A stretch of 64,000 nt of DNA from an uncultured Nitrospiraceae bacterium (GTDB taxonomy: Bacteria; Nitrospirota; Nitrospiria; Nitrospirales; Nitrospiraceae). Below are positions 20,344-30,587 of this stretch, one piece after another (positions within the stretch are counted from its first letter, which is position 1; the number at the start of each line of letters is the position of its first letter). Made by a program: the position numbers and the translations under genes. The DNA is taken from positions 960,001-1,024,000 of the forward strand of contig CAVSTP010000004.1 in the NCBI GenBank assembly GCA_963730935.1, given 5' to 3'. The notes under the pieces were generated by a model, which was not told the origin of the DNA, did not search any database, and saw only the letters and a program-made list of their open reading frames with translations.

Positions 20344-20766
20344 ATGTACGACAAGTCGTACGACCGCTCGACCATGAGGCCTGCTATTCGCGTGCTGCTC
20401 GTGGATGATCATGCACGCGTGCGGGCGGCTTTGCGCGACCTGTTGGAGAGCTATCCGAATCTGATTCTGGTCGGTGAAGCGTCTAATGGCGAAGAGGCTG
20501 TCAGCTTGGTCAAAGAATTATCCCCTTCAGTCGTCGTGATGGACATCAACATGCCGAAGCTCAACGGCATTGATGCCACAATCAGGATTAAGACGTCCTA
20601 CCCACATGTGGTGATTGTTGGCCTTTCGGTCAGTGCGAGTGATGCACATCGGCGGGCGATGACCGCCGCCGGCGCCACAGCACTCATCTCCAAATACATG
20701 GCCGTAGAACAACTGTACGTGGAAATTCAGGCGGCGATTAACGGACGCTCGACGACCAGTCACTAG
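20344..20766 (+). CDS. Single-domain response regulator (NarL-like receiver)
   Basis: VLLVDDH, VVVMDINMPKLNG, IVGLS, ISK. Confidence 0.9.
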   Translation: MYDKSYDRSTMRPAIRVLLVDDHARVRAALRDLLESYPNLILVGEASNGEEAVSLVKELSPSVVVMDINMPKLNGIDATIRIKTSYPHVVIVGLSVSASDAHRRAMTAAGATALISKYMAVEQLYVEIQAAINGRSTTSH

Positions 20767-20896
20767 GTTCCTGTCTCCCCTCTGGACCATCCTTGGGTCT
20801 TCTTGGAGAGAAACTGGGGATATTACTAGGTAGTACCAGGGCCGCCGTGCAGTATGCTGTACGAGATTTAACCTGGAACCGAGCCGGAGTACTTGC

Positions 20897-21103
20897 ATGG
20901 CAACCATGACTCGGACGATGATCCTCCCAATTTGCTGTGTGTGCGGGCTGATCAGGGAAGAGACGGGATCAGAGACAGAATCCTGGGTCACGAAACAAGT
21001 GTTTCGACAAACCCATGGGATTGATCATTCAGCCTATCGGCTGACTCATACCTATTGTCCGGCCTGCTTTACACAGTTCATGAATCGGATCGCCGCAGCC
21101 TGA
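20897..21103 (+). CDS. Small Cys-rich zinc-binding protein
   Basis: LPICCVCGLIR...W...THTYCPAC. Confidence 0.7.
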   Translation: MATMTRTMILPICCVCGLIREETGSETESWVTKQVFRQTHGIDHSAYRLTHTYCPACFTQFMNRIAAA

Positions 21104-21631
21104 GAACTCGGCGGTGGTGCCTTCTGCAGATAGTCCGCTCTCTTCCCGTCCGATATAAGCACTCACTGCAAAGTAATTCTTCCTGCCGGATCACACACCG
21201 CTCAGTGTGTAGCTCATGCCGTCGTCCGTCCCAACAAGCAGCCGCACCAAGGTAGAAACCTACTCAAAACCTACGTAGGAGGGGGGAAGAAAGAAGTTTG
21301 TACACCACCACTAGGAAGCCCTGGCGGAACCGCTTTCTCCTTTGGACCTAAAACCTCTTGAGCAGACTAGAGTTTTACCTCCTTGAATCCTTCCGCAGTC
21401 TTTGGTGTAGTGGAGGTGGGCGGAGGTGTCGTTTCCGGTATGCCCACCCTGGAGCGACAAGAGGTCTCTGCTCCCTCCTGGGAGACCTGCCTCCGCCTCC
21501 CATTCTGCCCGCGCCAGAACGCCCCCCCTTTTAGGACGGGTTCAGCCTACCTCTTCGGTATTTTCAAACGCCCGGTACTCTCACAAGATGGAATACACCA
21601 CGAGCGTGACCTGTCTTCTGGAGGGTAGTCC

Positions 21632-21832
21632 ATGTTCAAGCAAGAGGGAAAAATCGGAGCCATTCGTAGAAATGTGCGCGGGAAAGCTTGCTCCTGCTGT
21701 GGCAGCCGGAGCTATCAGCTCGTCATTCGAAGCGTAAAGCAGTCCCACGTGGGAAAGCTCTTCGCCCGCTGCACTCAATGTCATCGGCCCCGGGAGATCG
21801 ACGAAGACCTCGGACGCATTCTCTGGATGTGA
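21632..21832 (+). CDS. Small zinc-ribbon protein
   Basis: CSCCG...ARCTQCH; GGAGGG RBS. Confidence 0.7.
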   Translation: MFKQEGKIGAIRRNVRGKACSCCGSRSYQLVIRSVKQSHVGKLFARCTQCHRPREIDEDLGRILWM

Positions 21833-21861
21833 ACCATCGGCGCTATTGTTGAGGGCCACCC

Positions 21862-22161
21862 ATGGGGATTTTCACTTCACCGCTTCTGTATGTGAGGAAA
21901 AAGCGCGCGAGGCGCAGGCAAGTGCGGACCGTCTTGCACATGCTTTCCGCTAGCGGCGTGATCCGGCTCGGCCACATTGAACCCCGCTACTTCGAACCAT
22001 CGTCGCACGTCGACGCGCTCTACCGTCAAGAAACCAAGCGCGTGAGCATGCCATCCATGCCTGTGACTTCGGTCGCACATCAGAGCTCCGGCTACGAGTG
22101 GTCAAAGCTTCGGCAGTTCGTCCTCACGGTCAAACCATCCCGTCTTCAGATCGAGCAATAA
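21862..22161 (+). CDS. Hypothetical protein
   Basis: ORF with GAGGG RBS; hairpin follows at ~22172-22200. Confidence 0.5.
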   Translation: MGIFTSPLLYVRKKRARRRQVRTVLHMLSASGVIRLGHIEPRYFEPSSHVDALYRQETKRVSMPSMPVTSVAHQSSGYEWSKLRQFVLTVKPSRLQIEQ

Positions 22162-22464
22162 GCGCAGCACGAGGGCTCCGGACGTCACGTTCGGAACTCT
22201 TGTACCTCATGAAGCCGTCAGGTATGATCACGCCTCACTCTGATGGTGATTGAAGAGGAAACCCCGAACAGAACGTCCTCTCTTCGCCATTGTCTGTCTC
22301 CAGCACCAAGCAATGTCTTCCGCGGAGGGATTGTTGATGGGCTGGCCCGAGTGCGAAGGGCAAAACGAGCTGTGGGGAACACCCTGCTAGTCGGTCATCT
22401 GATCGTCATCGCCTAGCTACATCGACGACAGGAAAACCCGGACAGGATGCAGTCTTGATGTTGT

Positions 22465-22558
<94 letters not shown>

Positions 22559-22798
22559 AAAACATTGACACTAGGATCTCAATCGCGAATCGGCGATTAA
22601 GCCGACGCCGACAGATCGGAGCCCTTACGATTGATCTTGGCTACTGGATAAAACCCTCCAGTTTCAGGATCAAACTAGACTCTGAGGGTGGGGGAAGTTC
22701 CACTCTCCGCCATCGTAAAGCTCGAGGTTGAGAAGGCTGCTCGAGCTTGATTTTCGTCAGTCATTTCTGCAAAAGTGCCGCTTCTTGTTTTTCGATGT

Positions 22799-22874
22799 GC
22801 CGAGGTAGCTCAGTTGGTAGAGCACAGCCCTGAAAAGGCTGGTGTCGACAGTTCGATTCTGTCCCTCGGCACCA
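22799..22874 (+). tRNA. tRNA-Phe(GAA)
   Basis: GCCGAGG/CCTCGGC, CAGCC-CTGAAAA-GGCTG, TTCGATT, ACCA; 76 nt. Confidence 0.97.
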
Positions 22875-22887
22875 ATCTTCCGCGGAC

Positions 22888-23646
22888 TTACAAGCTTCGA
22901 TCATTTTCGCAACTGCCCACGAACTGCCCTGCCCATCGCTGACCAGAGTGCCGCTCTTTTGCCTGTTGCATAATGCAACGCTCATCATTCGTGGCAGCCT
23001 GCAGCTTTTCGATTGTCACACGCTCTAGAATCATTACCGCCTCACGTAGTCGGGATTCCCAAAGATGCAGGTAGCTTTCGGTCATTCCCGGAATTTTATG
23101 TCCAGCAAGCCTCTGTACAACCGCATAATCAACACCCGCCTCAAGCAGCCAACTCAGTGCTGTATGTCTCAGATCATGGTAGTGCAAATCATGAATGCCA
23201 GCTCATTCGCATGCACCGATCCATCGATGCTTAAATGAATTTCCTTTTTTCCATTGTTCGAAGAATCGTCCGCCAATACGATTCTGTTCACCGTGTAGCA
23301 TGATTAATCCCAGCCGATTTACTGGCACCGATTTCGGCACACGTTTTAAGCGGCTCCCGGCTGACGGCATCATCCACCAACCATCGGCGCGCTGGATTAG
23401 CCACTCGGAATGCGCTTCAATTAGTTTGTCTTGTCGTAGCGGTACCTGAATCCCAGCCAACAGCATTCTTCCAATAGCAGCCGAGTTCATACGGAGAATT
23501 CGCCACAATCCCAGGGTTCCGCGACCCGCTCTCGTTTTTCGCCTTGCGGAGTGGGCAATAAGCCGAATGCCCGATCCCGACTGATCAACGCTCACATTAG
23601 AGAGAGATACCGGTTTTGCAGCCTTAACAGGATTTCTCTTGACCAC
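22888..23646 (-). pseudogene. Tyrosine integrase, split and 5'-truncated
   Basis: HYHDLRHTALSWL..LAGHKIPGMTESYLH in 22888-23187; upstream part (LQVPLR-like Arg box, KSVPVN) in another frame. Confidence 0.85.
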
Positions 23647-23885
23647 CCTGCCGTCATAGAAAAGAGCGTAACTGCAGGATTTCTCTACGGGACTCTCCAG
23701 CCGCCCGGGGAATCTGACAAGGGAAACCTATTGAGAGGCAGCATCTGAAATTAATTTATCCCGGCCAGCGGAATGGTCAGTTTTAGACAGCACGGCTTCT
23801 ATCCGCCGCTCTAACATGCCCCCATAAAACGAGGGTTCTCACTTACCTTTTTCTATCGCAATGGGTGAGCCCAAAGGAGCCGCAT

Positions 23886-24764
23886 ATGGACCCTTCAAAG
23901 AATAATGGAAAGATGACGGCAGACGTCCATTCAACGAAAGAAACGTTACGCGACTCTCAGCACACCAGGGTCAGCGCCGAGCGAGCGGCCTACTCCCAGC
24001 TACAACAGTGGAACCGATTGCTGGAGCGGAAACTCGCCGCGCGCACTCAGGAGTTAGGCCGTTCCCTGGTGGATCTCCGGTCCTTGGCGACAGCGCTCGA
24101 TGCTGCGGAGCAGCGTGAACGCACGCGCCTGGCGACCGAGTTGCACGACTATCTGGCGCAGTTACTCGTGCTCGGCCGCATGAAAATCGGACTGCTGCAG
24201 CGACTCCCTCTGCCTTTAGCGGGCGATGAGATGGTCCAAGAAGTCGAGGACGTGTTGACCCAAGCCTTACAGTATTGCCAGACGTTGATGGCCGAGTTGA
24301 GTCCACCTATCCTGCACGAACAAGGACTGGTCGCTGGGATTCGAGCACTCGCTACACAGATGAAGCGTCATGATCTGGAGGTACGAGTGGACCTGGATCA
24401 GATCGATGAGTGCGCCATTCCTCTCAGTTGCGCCGTCCTGCTCTTTCGTTCGGTGCGGGAACTGCTGATCAACACGGCGAAGCATGCGGCCGTGAAACAG
24501 GCGACGGTCCGCCTGACCTGCGACCAGGGCCTCCTTCAGATCGTGGTGCGTGATGAGAGCGGCTTCGATCTCGCGGCCTCGCAAGGGCCACAGCCTGCCG
24601 GCACGGGAAGCGTCTTCTCTTCGAAGATCGGCCTCCTCACGATCCGGGAACGAATGAAAGTCTTGAACGGTCGCTTTGATTTCATTTCGGCGCCGAAACA
24701 GGGCACCACGGCGACCCTTACTTTGCCGCTCGGTCCACGCACCACGTCAATTCTCTCTGCATGA
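23886..24764 (+). CDS. Sensor-less HisKA_3 (NarX/ComP-type) histidine kinase, copy 1
   Basis: ERTRLATELHDYLAQ, ELLINTAKHA, RERM, GTT; AAGGAG RBS. Confidence 0.85.
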   Translation: MDPSKNNGKMTADVHSTKETLRDSQHTRVSAERAAYSQLQQWNRLLERKLAARTQELGRSLVDLRSLATALDAAEQRERTRLATELHDYLAQLLVLGRMKIGLLQRLPLPLAGDEMVQEVEDVLTQALQYCQTLMAELSPPILHEQGLVAGIRALATQMKRHDLEVRVDLDQIDECAIPLSCAVLLFRSVRELLINTAKHAAVKQATVRLTCDQGLLQIVVRDESGFDLAASQGPQPAGTGSVFSSKIGLLTIRERMKVLNGRFDFISAPKQGTTATLTLPLGPRTTSILSA

Positions 24765-24813
24765 GAGACAGCCCGCGGGCGGTGCGCGAACGTGTGAAGA
24801 AGAAGAAGGATCT

Positions 24814-25032
24814 ATGCTTTGTCAACGCTGCAGAGGACTGCTGATCCGCGAAACTTTCGGAGAACTGAGAGATGAGCTAGGGCGCCTATGCTTGGCAACA
24901 CAATGCGTAAATTGTGGGTGCATTGAGGACTCCGTGGTTCGTGCCAATCGCCTCCGCCATCATGGCAAAACGGTCGCTTTCTCAGGGGATGGTCACAATT
25001 GGAGAAGTCCTGCCATGCGAGCTCATTTTTGA
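24814..25032 (+). CDS. Small zinc-finger protein
   Basis: MLCQRCRGLL...QCVNCGCIED; AAGGA RBS. Confidence 0.7.
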   Translation: MLCQRCRGLLIRETFGELRDELGRLCLATQCVNCGCIEDSVVRANRLRHHGKTVAFSGDGHNWRSPAMRAHF

Positions 25033-25336
25033 AGGTATAGGGTCATAGAGGAGAAGATCCTGCGGCGTGCAAAGGAGAAGTCCGATGGAACCACAGAACC
25101 ACAACAAATTTTAGGGGAGGCCAGTCGGGATTGCGATCACGGTTGAGGAGATCGATCGCGTTCTGGCAAACTGAAGTCCTGCCAAAGGAAGAGGCGCTTG
25201 ATCTATATCGCATCATGCGGAGAGCGGTGGAAACATACTCAGTCTCGGGTTCAACAAGTGGAGATTCCCCTTCGAATGTCACTTCACTCGAGACCTGAAT
25301 AGTCCATCAGTTGACCCTTGCTCTACGGAGCTACAT

Positions 25337-25681
25337 TCACGCTTGTCTCTTCGAAACAGGGCCAGAGGGCTGAGCCGCTTTAATGGCCAAAAGCACCCCT
25401 TGCAGCCGCTGCTGATCATCGAATGATATTCCAACAAACTCCAGGCCGAATTCGTTGCCGCTTGACCAACGAATGATAGCCCGGTCGACTTGAATAGGAG
25501 CCAACAAGCGGGGGACGTCAATCAGTACGCGTAGTAAAGCGTCCCGCCGAATCACCCCCTCGCTCGAGCCTCGGCAACCTGAGGCCGATAAATTAAGAAT
25601 CATACCCTGGCTGTTGATCCCGTTTCCCAAAAATGACCCCGGATATTCGACGGCATAACGAAGGTGTCGACGCTTGTCCAT
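25337..25681 (-). CDS. Stand-alone PilZ domain protein
   Basis: KRRHLR, NLSASG, RWSSGNEFGLEF. Confidence 0.85.
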   Translation of the reverse strand: MDKRRHLRYAVEYPGSFLGNGINSQGMILNLSASGCRGSSEGVIRRDALLRVLIDVPRLLAPIQVDRAIIRWSSGNEFGLEFVGISFDDQQRLQGVLLAIKAAQPSGPVSKRQA

Positions 25682-25726
25682 ATCGTTTCAGCGTTCGAGA
25701 AAGGATAGGTTGAACGCCCTCGTCGT

Positions 25727-26014
25727 TCACCAATAGTAGTACTGGCCGTTCTTCTCATCCCGCATCTTGCCAGCCAGGTCGGAGTTCACCAATAATCGCC
25801 GCATCATCTCCCCGTCACTTGATAGGTCAGAAAGACGAGTCCATCCCACCTTCAGTTTGATCTGTTCGAAAGTTTTTGCATTCGTCATCGTGAATCGGTG
25901 GCAGACGCTGGGCTCGGCTGTGTCCTCGGTCAAGTTGAATCCTGGGAATGCCTTCAACAAATACTCTCGTATGGCCTTCAGATTTTGCTGAACGCACTTT
26001 TGTTCTTCGCGCAT
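25727..26014 (-). CDS. 95-aa hypothetical protein, MREEQK family copy 3
   Basis: Highly similar to 8803-9090; same upstream region. Confidence 0.8.
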   Translation of the reverse strand: MREEQKCVQQNLKAIREYLLKAFPGFNLTEDTAEPSVCHRFTMTNAKTFEQIKLKVGWTRLSDLSSDGEMMRRLLVNSDLAGKMRDEKNGQYYYW

Positions 26015-26621
26015 AGATAGTCGTATGCAGCGCGAAGGTACATCAGAATTTGAGATATTGAGTAGGGCCTTGTAGCCGTAGGTGTTTGGACTACCTACAC
26101 TTAACCTAGAGGGAGTTTCAGCATGAACCTGAAATGTACGCAGCGCCTTGGATTCGTCTTAGTCGCTGACCGGCTCACAGGTCGTAGCGCCGGCCGGCAC
26201 GATTCAATCAATGCGATCGCGGGTGATGGATAACGGGTGCGGGCAGGCTATCACCCGTAATTGTGATTCAGCGGTCATGTGCATGCTGCTCGGCTCCCCG
26301 GCGAGGAAGCCACCGGCCTCCCCGCGTCTGAGCCAACACGAAACCCTCCGAGAGGGCTTCAGTGGGTCAGATTTAATAAGCCTTGTTAGTCGCTCTGAGA
26401 GGGTGCTCACTGGGTCTTCGGCGACTGTAAGTGTCATCCACGACCACATCTATTTCGCCTTTGAAGACGACAAAGTAATACAAGGAACATATTCTGTTTC
26501 CAAGTCGGAATTGCGCTTAGTGTTTTTCGGAAATGAGGCTATCGTTTTCTACCGCGTCGTTCTTACTCCCTACTTGTTTAATTCATCGCCGTAGTATCCG
26601 AACAACTTTACCCTTTCACAT

Positions 26622-26708
26622 TGGTAGCAGTCGGGTAGGCGAGCTCTCTAACTACTTGCTTACGTAAGGGACTTTCAAAAGACGAGCGAACTAATAAACC
26701 GCAGGTCA
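26622..26708 (+). repeat. Type-B element end with tRNA-Thr att core
   Basis: TGGTAGCAGTCGGGTAG...AGCGAACTAATAAACCGCAGGTCA; homologous to 33961-34045. Confidence 0.65.
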
Positions 26709-26723
26709 GAGGAGGGAACTACG

Positions 26724-28034
26724 TCAGCGCAGGACGTCACTGATACTGGTAATAAGCACGCAGGTGCACCCGGTTTCGCTCCAGACGAAGTCGTCGCCCG
26801 TGCCAGGCGCAGCGTAGTTGTAGTCGCCTGGGAAGAGCTTCCGCTGATCGATCCACAGCTCCCCCTCGAGGAGGTGCAATTCTTCGATGCCGGCATGCGT
26901 ATGCCCTGGGTAACTCGCGCCGGGCGCGAGTCGTACCAGCATGCTGACGCGGTGCCGTGGCGTGTCGGTCGCGAGCAGCTTGCATTCAATCCCAGGGGCT
27001 ACCTGTTCCCATTCGGGCTCGGACCACCGTTGCTCCGACGGCAGCACTGGTGACTGGCCGGTCTCCTCCGCGATACGCAGCGCAAGGCGCGTCTGTAGCG
27101 AGGTAATCGGACGCGGCACATCGAGAGTCGCCAAGGCAACGTGCAGCGGCTCGCGCTCTTCAGGCAGCTCCAGTTCATCATGAGGATCGGCAGTGACCTC
27201 CCCGAGCGGTTCCAGATTTAAGCCCTGGCTGCGCTTCTTTCGGTTTTCGAAGCGGAGCCGGCCAATGGCCCACGACCGTGTCTGGTTCATAATCCAACCG
27301 AGCACCGTGCCGTTCGCGTCGTCGTAATGTGATGCGCGCCGCCAGACGTCGTGGAAGACATCGATGGTGAGCTCTTCTGCGGTTTCCCGGTTTGCCGTGA
27401 TTCGCATAATCAACGTGAAGACGGGACGATGAGCCCTGTCGTAGAGCGCATGCAGCGCGAGCTGGTCGCCCTCAGCAATCGATTGGACAAGAGTCGCCCA
27501 ATCCTGCTCGGGTACCGGCGCCTTGGCATTCGCATAGAGGACATCACCGAGTGTTGCCGGCCGCTGATATTCAGCCTCCTTCGACATGACCGATAGGTCG
27601 CGGTCGTCCAGTCGTTCTGCACCTTCGGCAGCTTCTAGGACGAGAATCGCTCGAACAGCTGCCACGGCTTCTTGTAAAGCCCCGTATAACTCAGTAACTG
27701 GTGTGTCCTTACTCATAATTTTCAACGCCCCTGCTTTTTGCATGGCGTACAACTGATAGTCTTTGGAATCAACAGACCATCCTACGACGATAATTTCAGG
27801 ATTCTGTGCCTTGATTAGTCGGGTTGCTGTGATTCCATCCATTTTCGGCATGTTAATGTCCATGACGACGACTGTTGGTTGTAGCTTTTCCGCACTCACA
27901 ACAGCGTCCTCCCCATTGGTCGCCTCGCCGACGACGCGAATGTTGTCAAACGCCTCTAACTCAATACGCAAGGCTTGGCGTAAGGTCGTATGATCGTCCA
28001 CTAAGAGAACGCGAATTGGCCGCGCCATTACCAT
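26724..28034 (-). CDS. Chimeric receiver + ECF sigma region 2 + ChrR-like cupin protein
   Basis: VLLVDDH/VVMDINMP; GDQLALHALYDR..AEELTIDVFHDVWR; WEQVAPGIECKLL..HTHAGIEELHLLEGEL. Confidence 0.75.
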   Translation of the reverse strand: MVMARPIRVLLVDDHTTLRQALRIELEAFDNIRVVGEATNGEDAVVSAEKLQPTVVVMDINMPKMDGITATRLIKAQNPEIIVVGWSVDSKDYQLYAMQKAGALKIMSKDTPVTELYGALQEAVAAVRAILVLEAAEGAERLDDRDLSVMSKEAEYQRPATLGDVLYANAKAPVPEQDWATLVQSIAEGDQLALHALYDRAHRPVFTLIMRITANRETAEELTIDVFHDVWRRASHYDDANGTVLGWIMNQTRSWAIGRLRFENRKKRSQGLNLEPLGEVTADPHDELELPEEREPLHVALATLDVPRPITSLQTRLALRIAEETGQSPVLPSEQRWSEPEWEQVAPGIECKLLATDTPRHRVSMLVRLAPGASYPGHTHAGIEELHLLEGELWIDQRKLFPGDYNYAAPGTGDDFVWSETGCTCVLITSISDVLR

Positions 28035-28249
28035 AGAGTCATCCTATCGATCAGCAACTAGTCGTGGGCGTAGGTTTGCCAGTGGCTTTGCGTCTAACGT
28101 GCGCAAGTTCTTTGCTGCTCGTGTATGTCCTAACTGCAAAAAATGGGAGGATGGACAGAAAGCTTTCGTGCCGAAATGAGTAGGGAGGCGCAAATAACAC
28201 CGGTGCGGTTCGAGCGTCAATGAGTAGTGGGGAACTGGCTGCCAAGACT

Positions 28250-28358
28250 TATGCCACCGCCTTTCTCACATGTCGGCGGAATGGCCTGCCGTTAGGCCGT
28301 CGGCATATGTGTTGATCGTGGAAAGCAGCACCCTACCCCACGGACAACGTTGCGTCAA
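28250..28358 (-). promoter_or_regulatory. Sigma70-like promoter plus structured leader motif, copy 2
   Basis: TTGACG-17-TAGGGT, then TATGCC GAC GGCCT-AACGGC-AGGCC ATT CCGCC-..-GGCGG T GGCATA. Confidence 0.65.
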
Positions 28359-28382
28359 GCCCTCTTCACGGCTTCTTCCTCC

Positions 28383-28422
28383 ATTCGTAAACCGCAGGTC
28401 GCCCGTTCAATCCGGGTCGCCG
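28383..28422 (+). repeat. tRNA-Thr(CGT) 3'-half att relic
   Basis: 40 nt identical to 42321-42360. Confidence 0.85.
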
Positions 28423-28617
28423 ACCCCTTGGCGACGGGATGAATACCCTCTCTACTCGGTACTGCCCCTTGACTTCGCGCACGAAGTAATTACCTGGGAA
28501 AGCAGTGATCATAAGAAGGTAAACGACCTGAGAAGGTCTATTCTTCTTGTCGGTCACCACTCCATTTAACAGCTTAACCTTTTTAACTACCTCTTATGAG
28601 GAGGGAGGAGGATCGTT

Positions 28618-29025
28618 ATGACTGGTTATCTACCTACGGTATTCAATGGGAAAATCGATCAACTATTGGATGAAGCGCTGCGTGGTTTGGGTCGGGAGTC
28701 CGCATGGACACCCGCAAGCAATGTCTGGGAAGACGAAAAGGGATTCCATGTTCAGTTGGCATTGCCTGGCTGGAACACGAAAGACGTGTCCATCCAAGTC
28801 GAGAAACAGGCTATGACAGTAACTGGTGCTCACCAGTCAGAACATGAGGCAACTCGAAAAGTGTATCAATGGGAAATCGTCCACGGGCAGTTTGCAATGC
28901 AGTACCGGCTGCCCAATTTCGTACAGCAAGAACAAGCTTCCGCAAGCTTCAAGGACGGCGTCTTGACGATCTCTTTCCCCAAACGAGAGGAAGCAAAGCC
29001 CCGACGGATTGAAATTAACGTCTGA
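28618..29025 (+). CDS. Hsp20/alpha-crystallin small heat-shock protein
   Basis: WTPASNVWE, LALPG, ASFKDGVLTISFPK, PRRIEI; GGAGGAGG RBS. Confidence 0.95.
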   Translation: MTGYLPTVFNGKIDQLLDEALRGLGRESAWTPASNVWEDEKGFHVQLALPGWNTKDVSIQVEKQAMTVTGAHQSEHEATRKVYQWEIVHGQFAMQYRLPNFVQQEQASASFKDGVLTISFPKREEAKPRRIEINV

Positions 29026-29037
29026 GCAGTAATCGAC

Positions 29038-29071
29038 GGGAGGCCCCAAGCTACGGGGTCTCCCCCTTCTT
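29038..29071 (+). terminator. Rho-independent terminator
   Basis: GGGAGGCCCC-loop-GGGGTCTCCC followed by CCTTCTT. Confidence 0.6.
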
Positions 29072-29257
29072 ACCCAATCGAGTTTGACTGCGTCATGGCA
29101 AAGCGATTCGCGCAGGGCGTGACAGGTGCCAGCATGATGCACAGATTAGTCGACGTCAAAGAGAAGGATGTTGATAGGTGGTCTAGTTTTACGGCTCAAC
29201 TCCAAGGACTGTACTCGATCTGCTCGTAGTTTGTACCCGTCCCAGCACAGGGCAAGA

Positions 29258-29671
29258 CTAGTCAATCTTGACAATTCCATCTATCCTCAATGCTGTATCC
29301 ATTCGGACCGTGTAGGGGTATGTGCCTGAAGTGGAAAAACAAAGACTCGCAGAGTCGTTATTATGCACCGTCGCGGTCGCGAGGAATTCGGGTCCCGGCG
29401 CTCCGAACAGATACCCCCATCCGGTAGAAACAAACCCCTTTCGACAAGAGACGACACCCTCCAGAGACTCAAACGAGATACCTACAGGACCGCTTCTCGT
29501 ATTGATCCACCGTACTTCGTCGCCTCGTTGCACGGTCACCACCTGGGGTGAGAGAGACTCACCAATCTTCACTTGGAATACTTTTCCCGTTAAGGAAGAC
29601 TGTGGGAAATGACTTGCACACCCCAAAGTCACCAGTATTCCAAGCAACACTCCAATACGCATAAGGTTCAT
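29258..29671 (-). CDS. Lipoprotein with cupredoxin-like fold
   Basis: Lipobox LGC; PQVVTVQRGDEVRWIN, FSTSGTYPYTV. Confidence 0.65.
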   Translation of the reverse strand: MNLMRIGVLLGILVTLGCASHFPQSSLTGKVFQVKIGESLSPQVVTVQRGDEVRWINTRSGPVGISFESLEGVVSCRKGFVSTGWGYLFGAPGPEFLATATVHNNDSASLCFSTSGTYPYTVRMDTALRIDGIVKID

Positions 29672-29703
29672 GGCGGAGCGTCATTCCGCTGTGAAAATGT
29701 AGT

Positions 29704-30009
29704 CTACTTCTGCTTCGCCACAATCTTGTACTTGATCTGCTCGTATGTGGCGCGTAGCAGGATCTGTTTCTGAACCAACTCATCCTTTCGAGCGTATGGT
29801 CTTCCCTTGATGATTTTCTCTGAGTAGGCATCGCCAATGCCAGGAAGAGCCTTGAGCTGGTCGATGGTTGCCGTGTTGATGTCGAGCAGATCAGCGTCCG
29901 CCGCTTCCTTTTGGGGGGCAGCATTTACATCCGGGGGGAGTACAATCGAGAAGAGAGGGAGAAACAGGACTGCTATCAAAACAATCGTGGAAACGAGCTT
30001 GGTCTTCAT
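29704..30009 (-). CDS. Exported ComEA-like helix-hairpin-helix protein
   Basis: LDINTATIDQLKALPGIGDAYSEKIIKGRPY. Confidence 0.85.
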   Translation of the reverse strand: MKTKLVSTIVLIAVLFLPLFSIVLPPDVNAAPQKEAADADLLDINTATIDQLKALPGIGDAYSEKIIKGRPYARKDELVQKQILLRATYEQIKYKIVAKQK

Positions 30010-30030
30010 AAATCTCTCCCTTCGTTAACC

Positions 30031-30357
30031 ATGCAGCGTGATCACGTGCACAAGGAACTGCTTGTAAAAGTGGTCACTGACTATTCCAACGTTCCAGCTG
30101 GTACGTGGGCCGTGGTTGAGTCGACAGGAACAGAAGATGGCGCATGGTGGTTTACTGTCCGGTGGCGACCGTATACACCGATTCCGCGGAAATTTCCACG
30201 TCAGATGACGGAATACAGCCTCAATTGCTGGGAATCGGATCTGGCACTGTTTGAGCTTGTTTCCGCCGAAGAAGAGCAAGGGGTCAGGACGCCGGAGCTA
30301 GAGACTGTACCTTCAATCAATCGCCCACCATCATCCAAGTTAGGTGGGGATTTCTAA
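30031..30357 (+). CDS. Hypothetical protein
   Basis: ORF with plausible composition (VPAGTWAVV); no recognisable motif. Confidence 0.45.
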   Translation: MQRDHVHKELLVKVVTDYSNVPAGTWAVVESTGTEDGAWWFTVRWRPYTPIPRKFPRQMTEYSLNCWESDLALFELVSAEEEQGVRTPELETVPSINRPPSSKLGGDF

Positions 30358-30440
30358 CAGTCCTTCTGCCCTTAAAGTTAATCGTTCTCAATGTGCTATT
30401 GCGCCGTCTTAATCAGTCCCCCGTAGGACCGTCGTCCTCA

Positions 30441-30587
30441 TCTGCTACCACGCTGCTACCAGGACAGGACGACTCATTCCCATCTAGCCCCATTTCAAGA
30501 GCATCCTGCTTTGTGGTTTCTTGTGGGGTTAGGTTGTCTGAGATTGGGTTTGTGGAATTTCGTAAACCGCAAGTCAGACTTTCAATC
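30441..30587 (+). repeat. Type-A element end with degenerate tRNA-Thr att core
   Basis: TCTGCTACCACGCTGCTACCAGGACAGGAC...TTCGTAAACCGCAAGTC..TTCAATC. Confidence 0.75.

Noticed and set aside
22698..22712. TCCACTCTCCGCCA as attR of tRNA-Ser(GCT)
   Set aside because: Only ~10 exact nt and 140 bp from the tRNA; too short to support an element
26211..26594. 127-aa ORF as a real gene
   Set aside because: N-terminal half looks non-coding with no RBS; at most a gene fragment
28250..28380. c-di-GMP-I (GEMM) riboswitch reading of leader copy 2 (GACGCAA, GGCCTAA..GGCAG)
   Set aside because: No GGCAAA/GAAA-tetraloop P1 architecture; GACGCAA overlaps the -35 box and is absent from the other copies
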